Positions 6,537-15,753 of a stretch of DNA of 64,000 nt are shown here, one piece after another. The stretch lies in IMG/VR virus record IMGVR_UViG_3300020594_000001, positions 45,600 through 109,599 of that record; one strand, written 5' to 3'. The translations under genes were made by a program, and so were the position numbers. The notes under the pieces are model-generated. The model saw only the letters and a program-made list of their open reading frames with translations. It did no database searches and was not told where the DNA came from. The number at the start of each line of letters is the position of its first letter. Position 1 is the first letter of the stretch. Source of the stretch: a virus. Its lineage: Duplodnaviria; Heunggongvirae; Uroviricota; Caudoviricetes.

Positions 6537-6839
6537 ATGCCCAGATGCACTCTACAAACCTCCCACTCGTTCGGCCAACCCCGCATAGCGTGGTCTGCCC
6601 CGGTCGAGGTGCCTATCAAGCTGTCGACGCGAGAGCACGATAGGCTCAAGCGCGTCGTGTCATACCTGCATGTTCCCTACCAGGGCGACGGCAACCTAGA
6701 CGCCAGCCAGAAAATCGCTGCGCTGTATGAGCCTTACGTGCTTGCGTTCAACTCTGACAAAAGCATCGTCTTTGGTGGGTTCGAGGAAATCACCGGCTCA
6801 CGCTTCTACCAAAGCTGGCTTGTGAAATGGCTCGACTAG
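6537..6839 (+). CDS. hypothetical protein, 100 aa, plus-strand, probably SOS-regulated
   Basis: One of very few plus-strand genes. A LexA box overlaps its promoter and RBS region. Confidence 0.5.
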   Translation: MPRCTLQTSHSFGQPRIAWSAPVEVPIKLSTREHDRLKRVVSYLHVPYQGDGNLDASQKIAALYEPYVLAFNSDKSIVFGGFEEITGSRFYQSWLVKWLD

Positions 6840-6986
6840 CGTAGCGATGATATCCAGGTTCGCCTCGATATCCCGCAGGCAGTCAGCCGCTTGGGCGATT
6901 GCGCCAGCGGGCGACTTTGCCCGAAAGTTTCCGACCTCTGTGAGTCGCCCACCGTTCACACGGCACTGCACGATGTAGCTGTTCAT
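6798..6986 (-). CDS. hypothetical protein, 62 aa
   Basis: ATG at 6984..6986 with an AGGGAG Shine-Dalgarno. Confidence 0.4.
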   Translation of the reverse strand: MNSYIVQCRVNGGRLTEVGNFRAKSPAGAIAQAADCLRDIEANLDIIATLVEPFHKPALVEA

Positions 6987-7150
6987 ACCGCAATCTCCCT
7001 TATCCGAGACTCGAACCACTCTGCCCGCCCGTATGGGTCAACGCCAAGGCAAGGGTATAGCATCGCCAGCAGTTCACACATGCCACGTATGTATTCTGCG
7101 TTTGAAAAATCGCCCGCGAGAAGGGCGGCGTTCTTGATCGCGATTTCCAT
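6983..7150 (-). CDS. hypothetical protein, 55 aa
   Basis: ATG at 7148..7150; trimmed from ORF 6983..7231. Confidence 0.35.
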   Translation of the reverse strand: MEIAIKNAALLAGDFSNAEYIRGMCELLAMLYPCLGVDPYGRAEWFESRIREIAV

Positions 7151-7151
7151 G

Positions 7152-7556
7152 TCAGTCCTCAAAAGAAAGCGTTTCAAGCATGGCGATACACTCTTTGTCA
7201 GGCCCGCCATTGGATGCGATGTAAGCGTCATACCTGGCTTGATCCATCCAGTCTGCCTTGTTTATGCCAGCCAAGAAGGACAGATAGCTCGTCATGTGTT
7301 TTGCCAGATCAGGCGTCTCAACTTCCCAATGCTTTAGGTCGTAAGTCCCTTTGTAGGTTTGGCCGTTCTCCCACTCGACGACAAAGTCGGTCTTGTCGTA
7401 GGCACCATTCTTGGGCGCAGTGCCAGACCAAGTTTGAAGCAATGCATTGGCCTGCTTGAAAGTCGGAACGGTCAAAGGCAGGGCATCGCTCTGGTAGGTA
7501 TAACCCTCTTTGTAGGTGAAGGTGATGGCCTTGACTTTGATTTTTTCTGTTTGCAT
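7152..7556 (-). CDS. hypothetical protein, 134 aa
   Basis: Start at 7556 is preceded by the leader GGGCTCACTATAGAACCATCACATAACAAAACAGGTAAACACGA. Confidence 0.55.
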   Translation of the reverse strand: MQTEKIKVKAITFTYKEGYTYQSDALPLTVPTFKQANALLQTWSGTAPKNGAYDKTDFVVEWENGQTYKGTYDLKHWEVETPDLAKHMTSYLSFLAGINKADWMDQARYDAYIASNGGPDKECIAMLETLSFED

Positions 7557-7587
7557 TCGTGTTTACCTGTTTTGTTATGTGATGGTT

Positions 7588-7800
7588 CTATAGTGAGCCC
7601 GCAACGTAGGCGTCGACATAGCGCTCGCCATCCCAGACCTGTAAGCGGCGCGGGTCAATTGGCTGCGACGCGCTTCGTTTTGCCTCTTTCAGCGCGTCGT
7701 CATGGCTTGATGCGCCGATCATGACCCATCCAAAACTGCCTCGGTAGCGGTAGCTGGTCAGTCCCGGCGATGCCATAGGTCTGTCAGTGTGAGCGGCCAC
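7588..7800 (-). CDS. hypothetical protein, 70 aa
   Basis: Minus-strand ORF in the operon array. Confidence 0.4.
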   Translation of the reverse strand: MAAHTDRPMASPGLTSYRYRGSFGWVMIGASSHDDALKEAKRSASQPIDPRRLQVWDGERYVDAYVAGSL

Positions 7801-8114
7801 TACCCCTCGCAGTCGTCAATTTGGACATTGTGGAACTTCAGGCCGTTGATCGTGAAACTGCCACTCACAACAAACAGGATGCACTCATCCACAGACGTCT
7901 TACCGGGGTCAAGAAACTTTCCCGGATTGCCTATCTCCAGGGTCTCGCCGTTGGATGCCCTATAGAGGCCAGTCGAGTAGGCGCAATTGCGCAGCGCCGC
8001 TTCGTTATCCACCGTGAAGTAGCAGCTCAGAACGAGCATCTGACCGATGTTAGTTGACATATCCGATTCCATAAATGAAGTTGCTGCAGAATACAAATTG
8101 CGGACGTCACGCAA
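7800..8114 (-). CDS. hypothetical protein, 104 aa
   Basis: Minus-strand ORF contiguous with its neighbours. Confidence 0.4.
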   Translation of the reverse strand: MRDVRNLYSAATSFMESDMSTNIGQMLVLSCYFTVDNEAALRNCAYSTGLYRASNGETLEIGNPGKFLDPGKTSVDECILFVVSGSFTINGLKFHNVQIDDCEG

Positions 8115-8328
8115 GCTTCAATGGCGCTTGCATAGAATATGTGCCGTCGGGTCTAAGGTAAATTTCCAGCTTCGGATCGCCACCGTCAACGCTCAAGCAC
8201 AGTTCTACCGTCGCGTTCCCGGGCTCGCCATGTCGCACGAAATGATATGGCACCCCGAAGGCATCCATGGAATTTAGAATGTCGTTAAGACAGCCCTTAA
8301 TCTCAACCATCGGCGCTACTTTCATCAT
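8107..8328 (-). CDS. hypothetical protein, 73 aa
   Basis: Start trimmed to MMKVAPM; preceded by the leader GCGCACTATACAACCATCAACACAAGACAAGGGAG. Confidence 0.45.
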   Translation of the reverse strand: MMKVAPMVEIKGCLNDILNSMDAFGVPYHFVRHGEPGNATVELCLSVDGGDPKLEIYLRPDGTYSMQAPLKLA

Positions 8329-8669
8329 GAAACTCCCTTGTCTTGTGTTGATGGTTGTATAGTGCGCCCCAGCGCACGGCGCGCGCAGCAAAGCACTAAG
8401 TAGTCCAAATGAAAAGCCCGGGGTTCTCCCGGGCCTACCAGCTGTTCATAGATTCTTGGCGGGATGACGCTTCCGTCTCAGCAATCACCCCGATTCATCG
8501 GGGCCAGCGCCTTGGCGCAGCGTCTTGCGCAGTTCGGTCGCGCTGTGCTGTTCCATGCCGCTCGCAGACGGGCGCTGGCAAGGACAGACGAAGTGCGACG
8601 ACGATCACGAAAAGGATTGGTATCACTCGATTCCTTGGTGCAGAAGCGTGTCGTGAAGTGGTGCGGCCA

Positions 8670-8921
8670 TTAATCTGTCTCCCGCTCAATTAGATATCGG
8701 ATCAAGTCGCGGTCGTTTTCGATCATGCCTGCGACAGCCTTGTGAACGCTCAGTTCCAGCTGTTGCTGCGCTCGAACCTGTGCCATGGTGCCTAAGTTTG
8801 CCCCCGCATATGTGCAAGCTTTCGCATCAACAAGTATGGCTTCCAGGTTGCCGTCTGTGCACCTGGAAATGAAGCCGAACAGAATTCGGCCCAGCGCTTC
8901 GCTTGAAAGTTGTTTGCTCAT
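8670..8921 (-). CDS. hypothetical protein, 83 aa
   Basis: Minus-strand ORF. Confidence 0.4.
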   Translation of the reverse strand: MSKQLSSEALGRILFGFISRCTDGNLEAILVDAKACTYAGANLGTMAQVRAQQQLELSVHKAVAGMIENDRDLIRYLIERETD

Positions 8922-9112
8922 GATGCTTGCAAGTTCTCCACAATAAAGAAACGCTCTTCTTCACCGCGCCTGGGAACATACCCCTGGGTTGAACGCCCCA
9001 AAAGTCGCCCAGTCCGACAGCACTTCCAGTTCGTTTGGTCGCGCTCGGGGCTAGGATGCACATTCATCTTGCCGACCGTGGCATAGAATTCGTCCTTGGT
9101 AACTTCTCTCAT
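8918..9112 (-). CDS. hypothetical protein, 64 aa
   Basis: Start trimmed to MREVTKDEFY, ATG at 9110..9112. Confidence 0.35.
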   Translation of the reverse strand: MREVTKDEFYATVGKMNVHPSPERDQTNWKCCRTGRLLGRSTQGYVPRRGEEERFFIVENLQAS

Positions 9113-9315
9113 GACTTCTCGCCCTTGACCACGTCCATGACATCGAAGATCAAACCGTTCTTGACTGCGGCAGAACCAGGGTTGTTCTCGCACAAGTTGA
9201 TGATGTAGGCAACGCCGCCCATGTCGGGAATTCTGGCGTTGTGGCAGAGGGTGTCGTAGATTCCGAGCTCTTTGGCACGCTTGATGATTCTGTCGATACG
9301 CTTAACTTTCTGCAT
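9109..9315 (-). CDS. hypothetical protein, 68 aa
   Basis: Start at 9315 is preceded by the leader ...GACAAGCAAGGTAAACATCATG. Confidence 0.5.
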   Translation of the reverse strand: MQKVKRIDRIIKRAKELGIYDTLCHNARIPDMGGVAYIINLCENNPGSAAVKNGLIFDVMDVVKGEKS

Positions 9316-9376
9316 GATGTTTACCTTGCTTGTCGTTCTTGATGGCTCCCATTGTGCTCACGGGAAACAGGCGTGC

Positions 9377-9622
9377 TCAGTCGATACGCTTGCTATTACC
9401 TAAGATCGCTGCGTTGATGCACTCGCGCTCGTTAGGCCCACGCACGATGCGTCGACCAGATACGCCGTCAGGAGACCCACGCTCGCTTTCCCAGAAGGTA
9501 AGCCACATGCCGTTTCGATCGAAGTCGAATTCGGCGCTTCGGTGCATAATCAGCCACTCCAGGCGCTCAGATTCGGTAACCTCGCGAGTAACCATCATCG
9601 CTTCCCTTTTCGGAACATCCAC
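9377..9622 (-). CDS. hypothetical protein, 81 aa
   Basis: Minus-strand ORF. Confidence 0.4.
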   Translation of the reverse strand: MDVPKREAMMVTREVTESERLEWLIMHRSAEFDFDRNGMWLTFWESERGSPDGVSGRRIVRGPNERECINAAILGNSKRID

Positions 9623-10131
9623 GCTTCAGTCGAAAGCGTCGGGATCACTTCATCGTCGACGTAGGGCTCAAGGACAATCGACTTATCAGTGAAAGTCTTG
9701 TATTCGTCGAACAGCACGACCGCGCCTTTGGCAAAGATGATCGAGTGGATTTCATCGCTTTGCATGCCATAGTGTGTGCCCGCCTTATAGACCCGGGATT
9801 GTGAGAAGCATCGGCGCACCCCTGCTTTCTCCTTGTTGTAGTGCCCCTGCTTGCCCTCATAATGAATGGCGGAAGCCATATAGGCGTCACCCGCACCACT
9901 TTCACCACTTTCATACCAAAGAATCTGATTCACCTCGCCCTGCAAGACCTTACATTTGAAGGCAAAGCGATGCGAGTGGGGTGTGATCAGCGTGTCCTGG
10001 TTGCGCGTCATTTCAAAGAGGCGCACGCAGCTGCCATCCGCAGCAGGGTCGCGCACCATCCACGACACCAAGCCAGGAACGATGTAGTTGTAGATGGGCG
10101 AATGCAGATCGTCGAGTCGTAAATCAATCAT
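9595..10131 (-). CDS. hypothetical protein, 178 aa
   Basis: Start trimmed to MIDLRLDD, ATG at 10129..10131. Confidence 0.45.
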   Translation of the reverse strand: MIDLRLDDLHSPIYNYIVPGLVSWMVRDPAADGSCVRLFEMTRNQDTLITPHSHRFAFKCKVLQGEVNQILWYESGESGAGDAYMASAIHYEGKQGHYNKEKAGVRRCFSQSRVYKAGTHYGMQSDEIHSIIFAKGAVVLFDEYKTFTDKSIVLEPYVDDEVIPTLSTEAWMFRKGKR

Positions 10132-10441
10132 GGGCGCTCCGAAGGGCTTCGAGCATCTGGCGCTTTTCAGCTTCGAGCTTGTTCTGGTCGATGCCAAAGA
10201 AGCCCGCGATCAGGTCTTCCTTGGATTTATAGATGGGGAAGAGCGCATCGCCCTCGCCCCATTTGGAAAGGATGACGTTGTCTTCTTCCAGCCATTCCAA
10301 GAATTCGCCCACCGTTTGGTTTGCGCCTTTTAGCGCCTGGAGTTTTTCGTGTTCTGGATATTGCACGGTCAATCCCCTTTTGCTTCGAACTCTTTGATAA
10401 GCGAATTCATCCAGGCGTGACGTCCCGGTTGAAAGCTGCAA
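10124..10441 (-). CDS. hypothetical protein, 105 aa
   Basis: Minus-strand ORF. Confidence 0.4.
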   Translation of the reverse strand: MQLSTGTSRLDEFAYQRVRSKRGLTVQYPEHEKLQALKGANQTVGEFLEWLEEDNVILSKWGEGDALFPIYKSKEDLIAGFFGIDQNKLEAEKRQMLEALRSAHD

Positions 10442-10689
10442 TCCGCCTGTCTGACGCTTCGGAAGAAATCGCGATGATGGGAAAGCAGCCAGTCTTCATA
10501 AAAGTTGAAGCGGCCAAGCCGACACCCAATGAGTCGACGCAATCTGTGTCCGAGTTCGACCTGCTTCGCCTCCTGCGCCGCAGCTGCGATTGCGAAGCAG
10601 ATAAATTTTTGAGAATCGCCGCGTTCATGTTGCTTGCGCGTATGAGCCAGTCTTTTCTTGGCACGCCGCAATAGCTCTGATGATTTCAT
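10369..10689 (-). CDS. hypothetical basic protein, 106 aa
   Basis: Minus-strand ORF. Confidence 0.35.
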   Translation of the reverse strand: MKSSELLRRAKKRLAHTRKQHERGDSQKFICFAIAAAAQEAKQVELGHRLRRLIGCRLGRFNFYEDWLLSHHRDFFRSVRQADCSFQPGRHAWMNSLIKEFEAKGD

Positions 10690-10943
10690 GCGGATATCTC
10701 CTGCTCGGGCTTACGCTGCCTCTTAACAGTCAGCGCCGCCACGAACTCGCTCGGGTTTGCGACCATATAGTCGATCAAACCCATAGAGGCCATTTCATCG
10801 ACATATCGCTCGTCAAACTGTTCGTTCAGGAGCGCGTATAGCTGCCCGGTGATGATCACCTTGTCGTCGTAGGCTTTTGCCTCAGCTTTGGACCTGAAGA
10901 CGGTGCCGTCGTGGCCCAGATATGCGGTAATTCGTTGTGCCAT
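10686..10943 (-). CDS. hypothetical protein, 85 aa
   Basis: Start trimmed to MAQRITAYL, ATG at 10941..10943. Confidence 0.4.
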   Translation of the reverse strand: MAQRITAYLGHDGTVFRSKAEAKAYDDKVIITGQLYALLNEQFDERYVDEMASMGLIDYMVANPSEFVAALTVKRQRKPEQEISA

Positions 10944-10954
10944 GGTTTTCTCTG

Positions 10955-11296
10955 CTACCTTTTGAGCGGTGGTAATGAACCGTGATGGTCTCGAAACTGC
11001 ATCGGCGTAGCGAATACCGAATCGGTATCGCGTGGAAGCCTGAACTGGTCGAACCGGGGCGACTTTGCTACGTTTGCACGGTAGATGGCAGCACCCGCGC
11101 AGTGAGCGCCGTTGATGGTGTGGCATGGCATTTCGTGGTCGCCATGCGCGGTAAATATCCAATCGTCGATAGACGCGCCGCCCAGCCAGCCATTCAGTGC
11201 TTTGCGCGACCACGGGCAGTCACTGCAAGGCGTTGTGTGCTGGCACTTTGCCTCGACCGCTTCGTCGCTGGTGATCAGTTGGCGCATGGGGTTCAT
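10955..11296 (-). CDS. Cys/His-rich, probably zinc-binding hypothetical protein
   Basis: Start trimmed to MNPMRQ. Motifs visible: CQHTTPCSDCPW, HGDHEMPCH, NGAHCAG. Confidence 0.4.
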   Translation of the reverse strand: MNPMRQLITSDEAVEAKCQHTTPCSDCPWSRKALNGWLGGASIDDWIFTAHGDHEMPCHTINGAHCAGAAIYRANVAKSPRFDQFRLPRDTDSVFATPMQFRDHHGSLPPLKR

Positions 11297-11433
11297 CCGA
11301 CGTGGTGTAGAGTCTTGAACATGCGCAGGATGCGCTCGGCTCCCACGGTCTGGATGATCTTGCGAATCGCTGCGACCTCGGCTTCCAGTTTGACCAGCTG
11401 TTCTTGAGCTTGGGTTCTGTTCATGAATTTCCT

Positions 11434-11661
11434 CTACTTGTTGAACCAAACGATGTGCGTGGCCCATTTGGGCCGTTCGCCAAAGCAGTCGTGGCTTCGG
11501 TGGTAACCGATTTGCCCATCCTCATAGACGCTGCAGGCCCAATAGCCAGAGCCATCGTCAGGAGTAATTGCGCCGACCTTCACATGGGCATGGAACTCGC
11601 CTGGAGTAAATAGCTCGCCATAGTCGGGGAGCGGCCAGAAGTTGCACGGGTTCAGGTTCAT
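11434..11661 (-). CDS. hypothetical protein, 75 aa
   Basis: Minus-strand ORF. Confidence 0.4.
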   Translation of the reverse strand: MNLNPCNFWPLPDYGELFTPGEFHAHVKVGAITPDDGSGYWACSVYEDGQIGYHRSHDCFGERPKWATHIVWFNK

Positions 11662-11673
11662 GACTCGGATACC

Positions 11674-12171
11674 TCAGTGGAACTTGACGAAGCCGCCCTT
11701 ACTGGCGAGCAGGAACGCTTGCTTGAACGAGCGGTATGTGTCATGGAAGTATTCACTTTCTCGCAAACTGGCAGGCCCGTATGTAAGAAAGTCGTTGTGC
11801 AGCTTCGCACTGGTGTCGGGGCCGACTAGACCTTCGCAGTCGCTGAAGTTGATCAACTCCCAGAAAGGCCCACCATTCGCTTCCCACGCGCCCCTGTCAT
11901 GTCTGCCATTGCTCGGCGCTGGATAGCCTGCAATTCTGGCCAGATCGTTGCGCCAAGCGTTGTAGCCGCTATACGAGCCAGCGCGGAAGCGAGTCTTTTC
12001 GCAGTCATCGACAACCCTGTATGCGCCTGTCTTGATGCCATCAGATTGATTCGAAGATTCAGGCTTGTGGACGAACAGGAATATGAACCCGCCCTCGTCT
12101 TCCATTTCTTCGGAAACCTCTGGAGCAACAAATTCGCCTAACTTCGAGTGCGCAGTGATACTCAGCCCCAT
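11674..12171 (-). CDS. hypothetical protein, 165 aa
   Basis: Minus-strand ORF. Confidence 0.45.
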   Translation of the reverse strand: MGLSITAHSKLGEFVAPEVSEEMEDEGGFIFLFVHKPESSNQSDGIKTGAYRVVDDCEKTRFRAGSYSGYNAWRNDLARIAGYPAPSNGRHDRGAWEANGGPFWELINFSDCEGLVGPDTSAKLHNDFLTYGPASLRESEYFHDTYRSFKQAFLLASKGGFVKFH

Positions 12172-12178
12172 GATTCCC

Positions 12179-12427
12179 TCAGATGCTGATGGTTTCGATA
12201 CCGTCGTCCGCTTGCGTAGCGGGCGCTGGCGCTTGTTTCTTGGCGTGACGCTTACTCAGGTTCACGTTCAGCGAGAAGCTCATGCCGGGGCGTTCCTCGA
12301 TCTTCTCGAAGCCCTCGCTGGATGCGATCACAAAACTGCGGCCCGTCGATGACTCGCCAAAGTTTTGGTTCAGATCGATTTCAAGGATGAGCTTGTCACC
12401 CTCAACGCGCTTGTTAACGCCTTTCAT
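12179..12427 (-). CDS. hypothetical protein, 82 aa
   Basis: Minus-strand ORF. Confidence 0.4.
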   Translation of the reverse strand: MKGVNKRVEGDKLILEIDLNQNFGESSTGRSFVIASSEGFEKIEERPGMSFSLNVNLSKRHAKKQAPAPATQADDGIETISI

Positions 12428-12660
12428 AGTTGTTCCTTTGGGTCAGATCCCGGTTTGTAGAAGTGCCCACCCGTCGTCCTACGGAACAGATCGACATCGC
12501 CAATGACGTGGTAGGTTTCAGCGCACAGAATGTTCGCTTTGCTGCGGCCCGTCACCATCACCGCGTCCATCGCTTCTTTGATCGCTTCGTCGAGCGTTTC
12601 GGCGCGCATGCGGCGACAGATACCGTCGCAAAACGAAATAATGAAAGGGCCGGTTTTCAT
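12424..12660 (-). CDS. hypothetical protein, 78 aa
   Basis: Minus-strand ORF with ATGA overlap to its neighbour. Confidence 0.4.
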   Translation of the reverse strand: MKTGPFIISFCDGICRRMRAETLDEAIKEAMDAVMVTGRSKANILCAETYHVIGDVDLFRRTTGGHFYKPGSDPKEQL

Positions 12661-13190
12661 GCAGCCACCTCTTCGCCCCTGCGCAGCAGGTTTTCCAGAC
12701 CCTCTTTGACCTGCCGCGAAGTCATGCGAAAAATCGCACCATCAGGCAGTCGCGAAGCCATCCAGCCCCGCCTTGCCAGGTCACGGGTCAGTCGATAGCT
12801 GTGCGGGCCGTAGGGCACGACGAGACCTGCCTTTGCAGGGCTGTCTTTGAGCTTCCGCTTCCATTCGTGGTGGGCAATAACTCGCTTGCGCCATTCGGCA
12901 GACGAGTCGTTCTGTGCGGGGTGCGCCGCGTTCAGAAGTGACATCGGGCAGTCGTAGTAATGCGGGTGCGCGGTCTCGTTCACGCCTTTGTAGCCCCAGC
13001 CATGACGCCCGCCCGAGCTCATGAGACACAGCCCGATCAGGCGGGTGCCGTCAGGACGGCTGAAAAGCTGCCAGAGGTGGTTGCCGACTACAGAGTGCTT
13101 GATAAGCGTGTAGCCTGGTGAGAGCGAAGTGTTCAGATACGCGACAAGTTGCGCCTTTGTGCGCCATTCGCTGCAGAACGTGGTGCCCAT
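12657..13190 (-). CDS. hypothetical protein, 177 aa
   Basis: Start at 13190 is preceded by the leader GCGCATCATTACACCATCGATAACGACACAAGGTAAACATCATG. Confidence 0.55.
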   Translation of the reverse strand: MGTTFCSEWRTKAQLVAYLNTSLSPGYTLIKHSVVGNHLWQLFSRPDGTRLIGLCLMSSGGRHGWGYKGVNETAHPHYYDCPMSLLNAAHPAQNDSSAEWRKRVIAHHEWKRKLKDSPAKAGLVVPYGPHSYRLTRDLARRGWMASRLPDGAIFRMTSRQVKEGLENLLRRGEEVAA

Positions 13191-13195
13191 GATGT

Positions 13196-13465
13196 TTACC
13201 TTGTGTCGTTATCGATGGTGTAATGATGCGCGTTCGATGCAGGCGCTACTGGCCCAGCGAACGGCACCACCTTCTCGTTCAAGCGCTGCCACGCGATGCG
13301 AGCGTTGCCTATCGCGAGCACAGGCGGTATCACTACCGCTTTGAGCAATCGAATCCCCATGCTGTCCAGAACCTGTTCCATCGCCTCTTGCAGGGTGTTG
13401 CCCTGCACCTGCGCGACCCCACGGTCTTGGAATCCGAATAAATACGTGTTCATGACGCCCCTCAT
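13196..13465 (-). CDS. hypothetical protein, 89 aa
   Basis: Minus-strand ORF. Confidence 0.4.
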   Translation of the reverse strand: MRGVMNTYLFGFQDRGVAQVQGNTLQEAMEQVLDSMGIRLLKAVVIPPVLAIGNARIAWQRLNEKVVPFAGPVAPASNAHHYTIDNDTR

Positions 13466-13554
13466 TGCAGTAAGTGCTTACTACAAGTATCATCCAAAGA
13501 AAGAGGCGCAACTGCGCCCCTTGCCTTGAATTTATAGTGCCGAGCGACTTAGTG

Positions 13555-13704
13555 CTATTGGCGTTCTGCTCGCTGCTGCTCGTAGTAGGGCCGTGCCCAC
13601 ACAACGTCGATGAACGCGCACACGATCATGGCAACCGCCATGAACCAGCCGCTGCCCGTGATGCCCAGAATTACGCCAAAGACAATCAGAAGAAACCAAA
13701 TCAT
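13555..13704 (-). CDS. small membrane protein, 49 aa (MIWFLLIVFGVILGITGSGWFMAVAMIVCAF...)
   Basis: ATG at 13702..13704; two hydrophobic segments; trimmed from ORF 13555..14022. Confidence 0.4.
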   Translation of the reverse strand: MIWFLLIVFGVILGITGSGWFMAVAMIVCAFIDVVWARPYYEQQRAERQ

Positions 13705-13711
13705 GGGTGAG

Positions 13712-14047
13712 TCAGTCCTGGGGAAAGAAGTCGCGAGGGGTGAAGCTTGCCTTTGGTTCGAGAATGATCGGTGCTGGCTGGCTCTGCGCAGGCACAGAGT
13801 ATCCATACCCCTGGCCCCGCCCGCTAAATGTCGGGTCGGGCGCAACATAGGGCGCTGGCTTGCGTGCTTCGCGCTCAATCCTCGATAGGATTTTATTGTT
13901 CTGCTTGACCATGGCGCATGATGCGCTGTTATCATGGCACACGAAACGCCCGCCTCCGACGTAGCGCGCGCCCCCATCTGCATATACGGGCAGTCCCGCT
14001 GCCGCCAACATCGCAGCGGCAATAGCCCTGTTAAGTGCTCTGTTCAT
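13712..14047 (-). CDS. secreted or lipoprotein-like hypothetical protein, 111 aa
   Basis: N-terminal signal-peptide-like segment MNRALNRAIAAAMLAAAGLPVYA. Confidence 0.4.
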   Translation of the reverse strand: MNRALNRAIAAAMLAAAGLPVYADGGARYVGGGRFVCHDNSASCAMVKQNNKILSRIEREARKPAPYVAPDPTFSGRGQGYGYSVPAQSQPAPIILEPKASFTPRDFFPQD

Positions 14048-14652
14048 TTTCGTGCGCCCCCTACAATAATGGCAAAGATTTGCTTTGCCTGTTCATAGTC
14101 TACCTCTGTTTCTATCCTGATCGTGTGGTTCGAATTCACTCGGGCATCCACGAATCTTCCGTCGCTATAGCAGTAGGCGGTGAACTCGTCGTTGTGACGC
14201 GTGCGGTGGACAAGCCCTGCATCGGTCAGAATGTCGCGCAGCCCTTCGGCAATGTCAGTTCTGGCCCGCGTGGCATTGTCGGTTTCCTCTACTGCCACTT
14301 CCATCGCCTGAAGCCATTCGAGGTAACCGGGCAGCAAACGCCGCTGAATGTCGCGGGCGATATGCTCAGGCTTCTTCTGAGCGGACACCTTGATTTCGCC
14401 ATTCAAGGTCAGGTGACTTTGCCCGCGCGGCAGAAAGTAGTTATTGAGCGCTTTTGTGTGCGCAAAACTGATGCCGAACTTGCCCTCCAGGCGGTATTGC
14501 CCAAAGCGCATCATGATGCCCGCCCACTTGTGCAGGCCGGGAAGCGCGATCACGCGATGCCCCCTTGACTCGGGGCCATAAAACTCGCTGACAGGCTGGG
14601 GCTCACCCCCGAGAATTTCCGCCACTTTTACGATTTTATCGTCGTAGTTCAT
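14044..14652 (-). CDS. hypothetical protein, 202 aa
   Basis: Start at 14652 is preceded by the leader ...ACACCATAGCAAATCTAGGTAAACAGCG. Confidence 0.5.
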   Translation of the reverse strand: MNYDDKIVKVAEILGGEPQPVSEFYGPESRGHRVIALPGLHKWAGIMMRFGQYRLEGKFGISFAHTKALNNYFLPRGQSHLTLNGEIKVSAQKKPEHIARDIQRRLLPGYLEWLQAMEVAVEETDNATRARTDIAEGLRDILTDAGLVHRTRHNDEFTAYCYSDGRFVDARVNSNHTIRIETEVDYEQAKQIFAIIVGGARK

Positions 14653-14658
14653 CGCTGT

Positions 14659-14949
14659 TTACCTAGATTTGCTATGGTGTATGCATTGTGTTCGACCCTT
14701 GACGGCACAAATCACGTCATGAAGATCAGCTTCCTTACCATCGTCTTCAAGGCCAATAAGTTCAATAAAAACGTCAAACGCCTGTTCATTGGTAAGTTCA
14801 ACATCTGTGTAGAAATACATGCCGAAGTCTTCGATCGGAATTCCGGGGTCATCGCCAACAGGGTCGACCCAGCCGTCTTCAGTAATTTCGGCCCAGCGAC
14901 AATGTGGTCTTATGCTGTTGTGCCCCATAGCCCAAAGAAACTTTTTCAC
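14659..14949 (-). CDS. hypothetical protein, 96 aa
   Basis: Minus-strand ORF. Confidence 0.4.
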   Translation of the reverse strand: MKKFLWAMGHNSIRPHCRWAEITEDGWVDPVGDDPGIPIEDFGMYFYTDVELTNEQAFDVFIELIGLEDDGKEADLHDVICAVKGRTQCIHHSKSR

Positions 14950-15266
14950 TTGATTACCCCCGCTGCGCGAAGCGCCTTACCCCAATATCGCTGACTACGC
15001 GCATCTTTACCCGGGTGTAAGCTGTCACTGATGACGTCGCCCGTCGACGGATCGGCGTAGGGACCATTCGATACCCAGCGCGGCACGCCACTTGGCTCAG
15101 ACGGGTATACGTAGCCGTCCCACTTAAGCTTGTGGACGAGCTCTTTGAAGGTGATTTCGGCATCCTCGAAAACAAAACCCCGCTCTTCGGCTTCGCCCGC
15201 CTCGATGCTCTCTTCGGTGTAAACCTCATAGGTTTGGCTGATGATTATTGGCATTGCGCGGGCCAT
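14946..15266 (-). CDS. hypothetical protein, 106 aa
   Basis: Minus-strand ORF. Confidence 0.4.
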   Translation of the reverse strand: MARAMPIIISQTYEVYTEESIEAGEAEERGFVFEDAEITFKELVHKLKWDGYVYPSEPSGVPRWVSNGPYADPSTGDVISDSLHPGKDARSQRYWGKALRAAGVIK

Positions 15267-15580
15267 TACTCGACGATTTCATAACCAAAGACTGCAGGCC
15301 ACTTGTCAACGGGCGTTGTCGACGATGCAAGGTAGAAGTCACCCGATATGTTTTGAACTTCCAGGCGCATGGTGGCCGCCCATACTTCGTCCTTGACAAT
15401 GGCGACATCCAGCCCGTAGCCCATCTGCGGCAGACCGAACTGGCCGCAGAGCATTGAGGCGGTGCGCTTGGATACCTTGCGCATGTGGTCCTTGCCATAG
15501 CTCCAGTGATTACCAACTGGGGGCAGGCCCGTCTGCTTGATCTTCATAGCCATGGCGTCACCTAGGCGTTCTTTGCACAC
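15266..15580 (-). CDS. hypothetical protein, about 95-104 aa
   Basis: Minus-strand ORF. A possible 49-aa gene (about 15562..15711, ATG after the leader GCGCGCACCATACAGGTATCAACAACGAAACAGGTAAACACA) lies just upstream. Confidence 0.4.
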   Translation of the reverse strand: MCKERLGDAMAMKIKQTGLPPVGNHWSYGKDHMRKVSKRTASMLCGQFGLPQMGYGLDVAIVKDEVWAATMRLEVQNISGDFYLASSTTPVDKWPAVFGYEIVE

Positions 15581-15753
15581 CAGCGGTATGCACGAATTAG
15601 CGGGCCTGATATGGATAGATCCCTCACTGCCGCAGCCAGGATTACTTCTTGGTCAGCACGCGACTGCAAAATGAAGTGCGCAAGTAGCCTGCGCTCATGC
15701 GATGTAAGCATTGTGTTTACCTGTTTCGTTGTTGATACCTGTATGGTGCGCGC

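Noticed and set aside
7557-7602. CTCACTATAG-like boxes as bona fide T7-class promoters
   Set aside because: No single-subunit RNA polymerase gene is present in the 64 kb, and the similarity is limited to 8-10 nt. I keep them as a phage-specific motif of unknown reader, possibly the encoded sigma factor.
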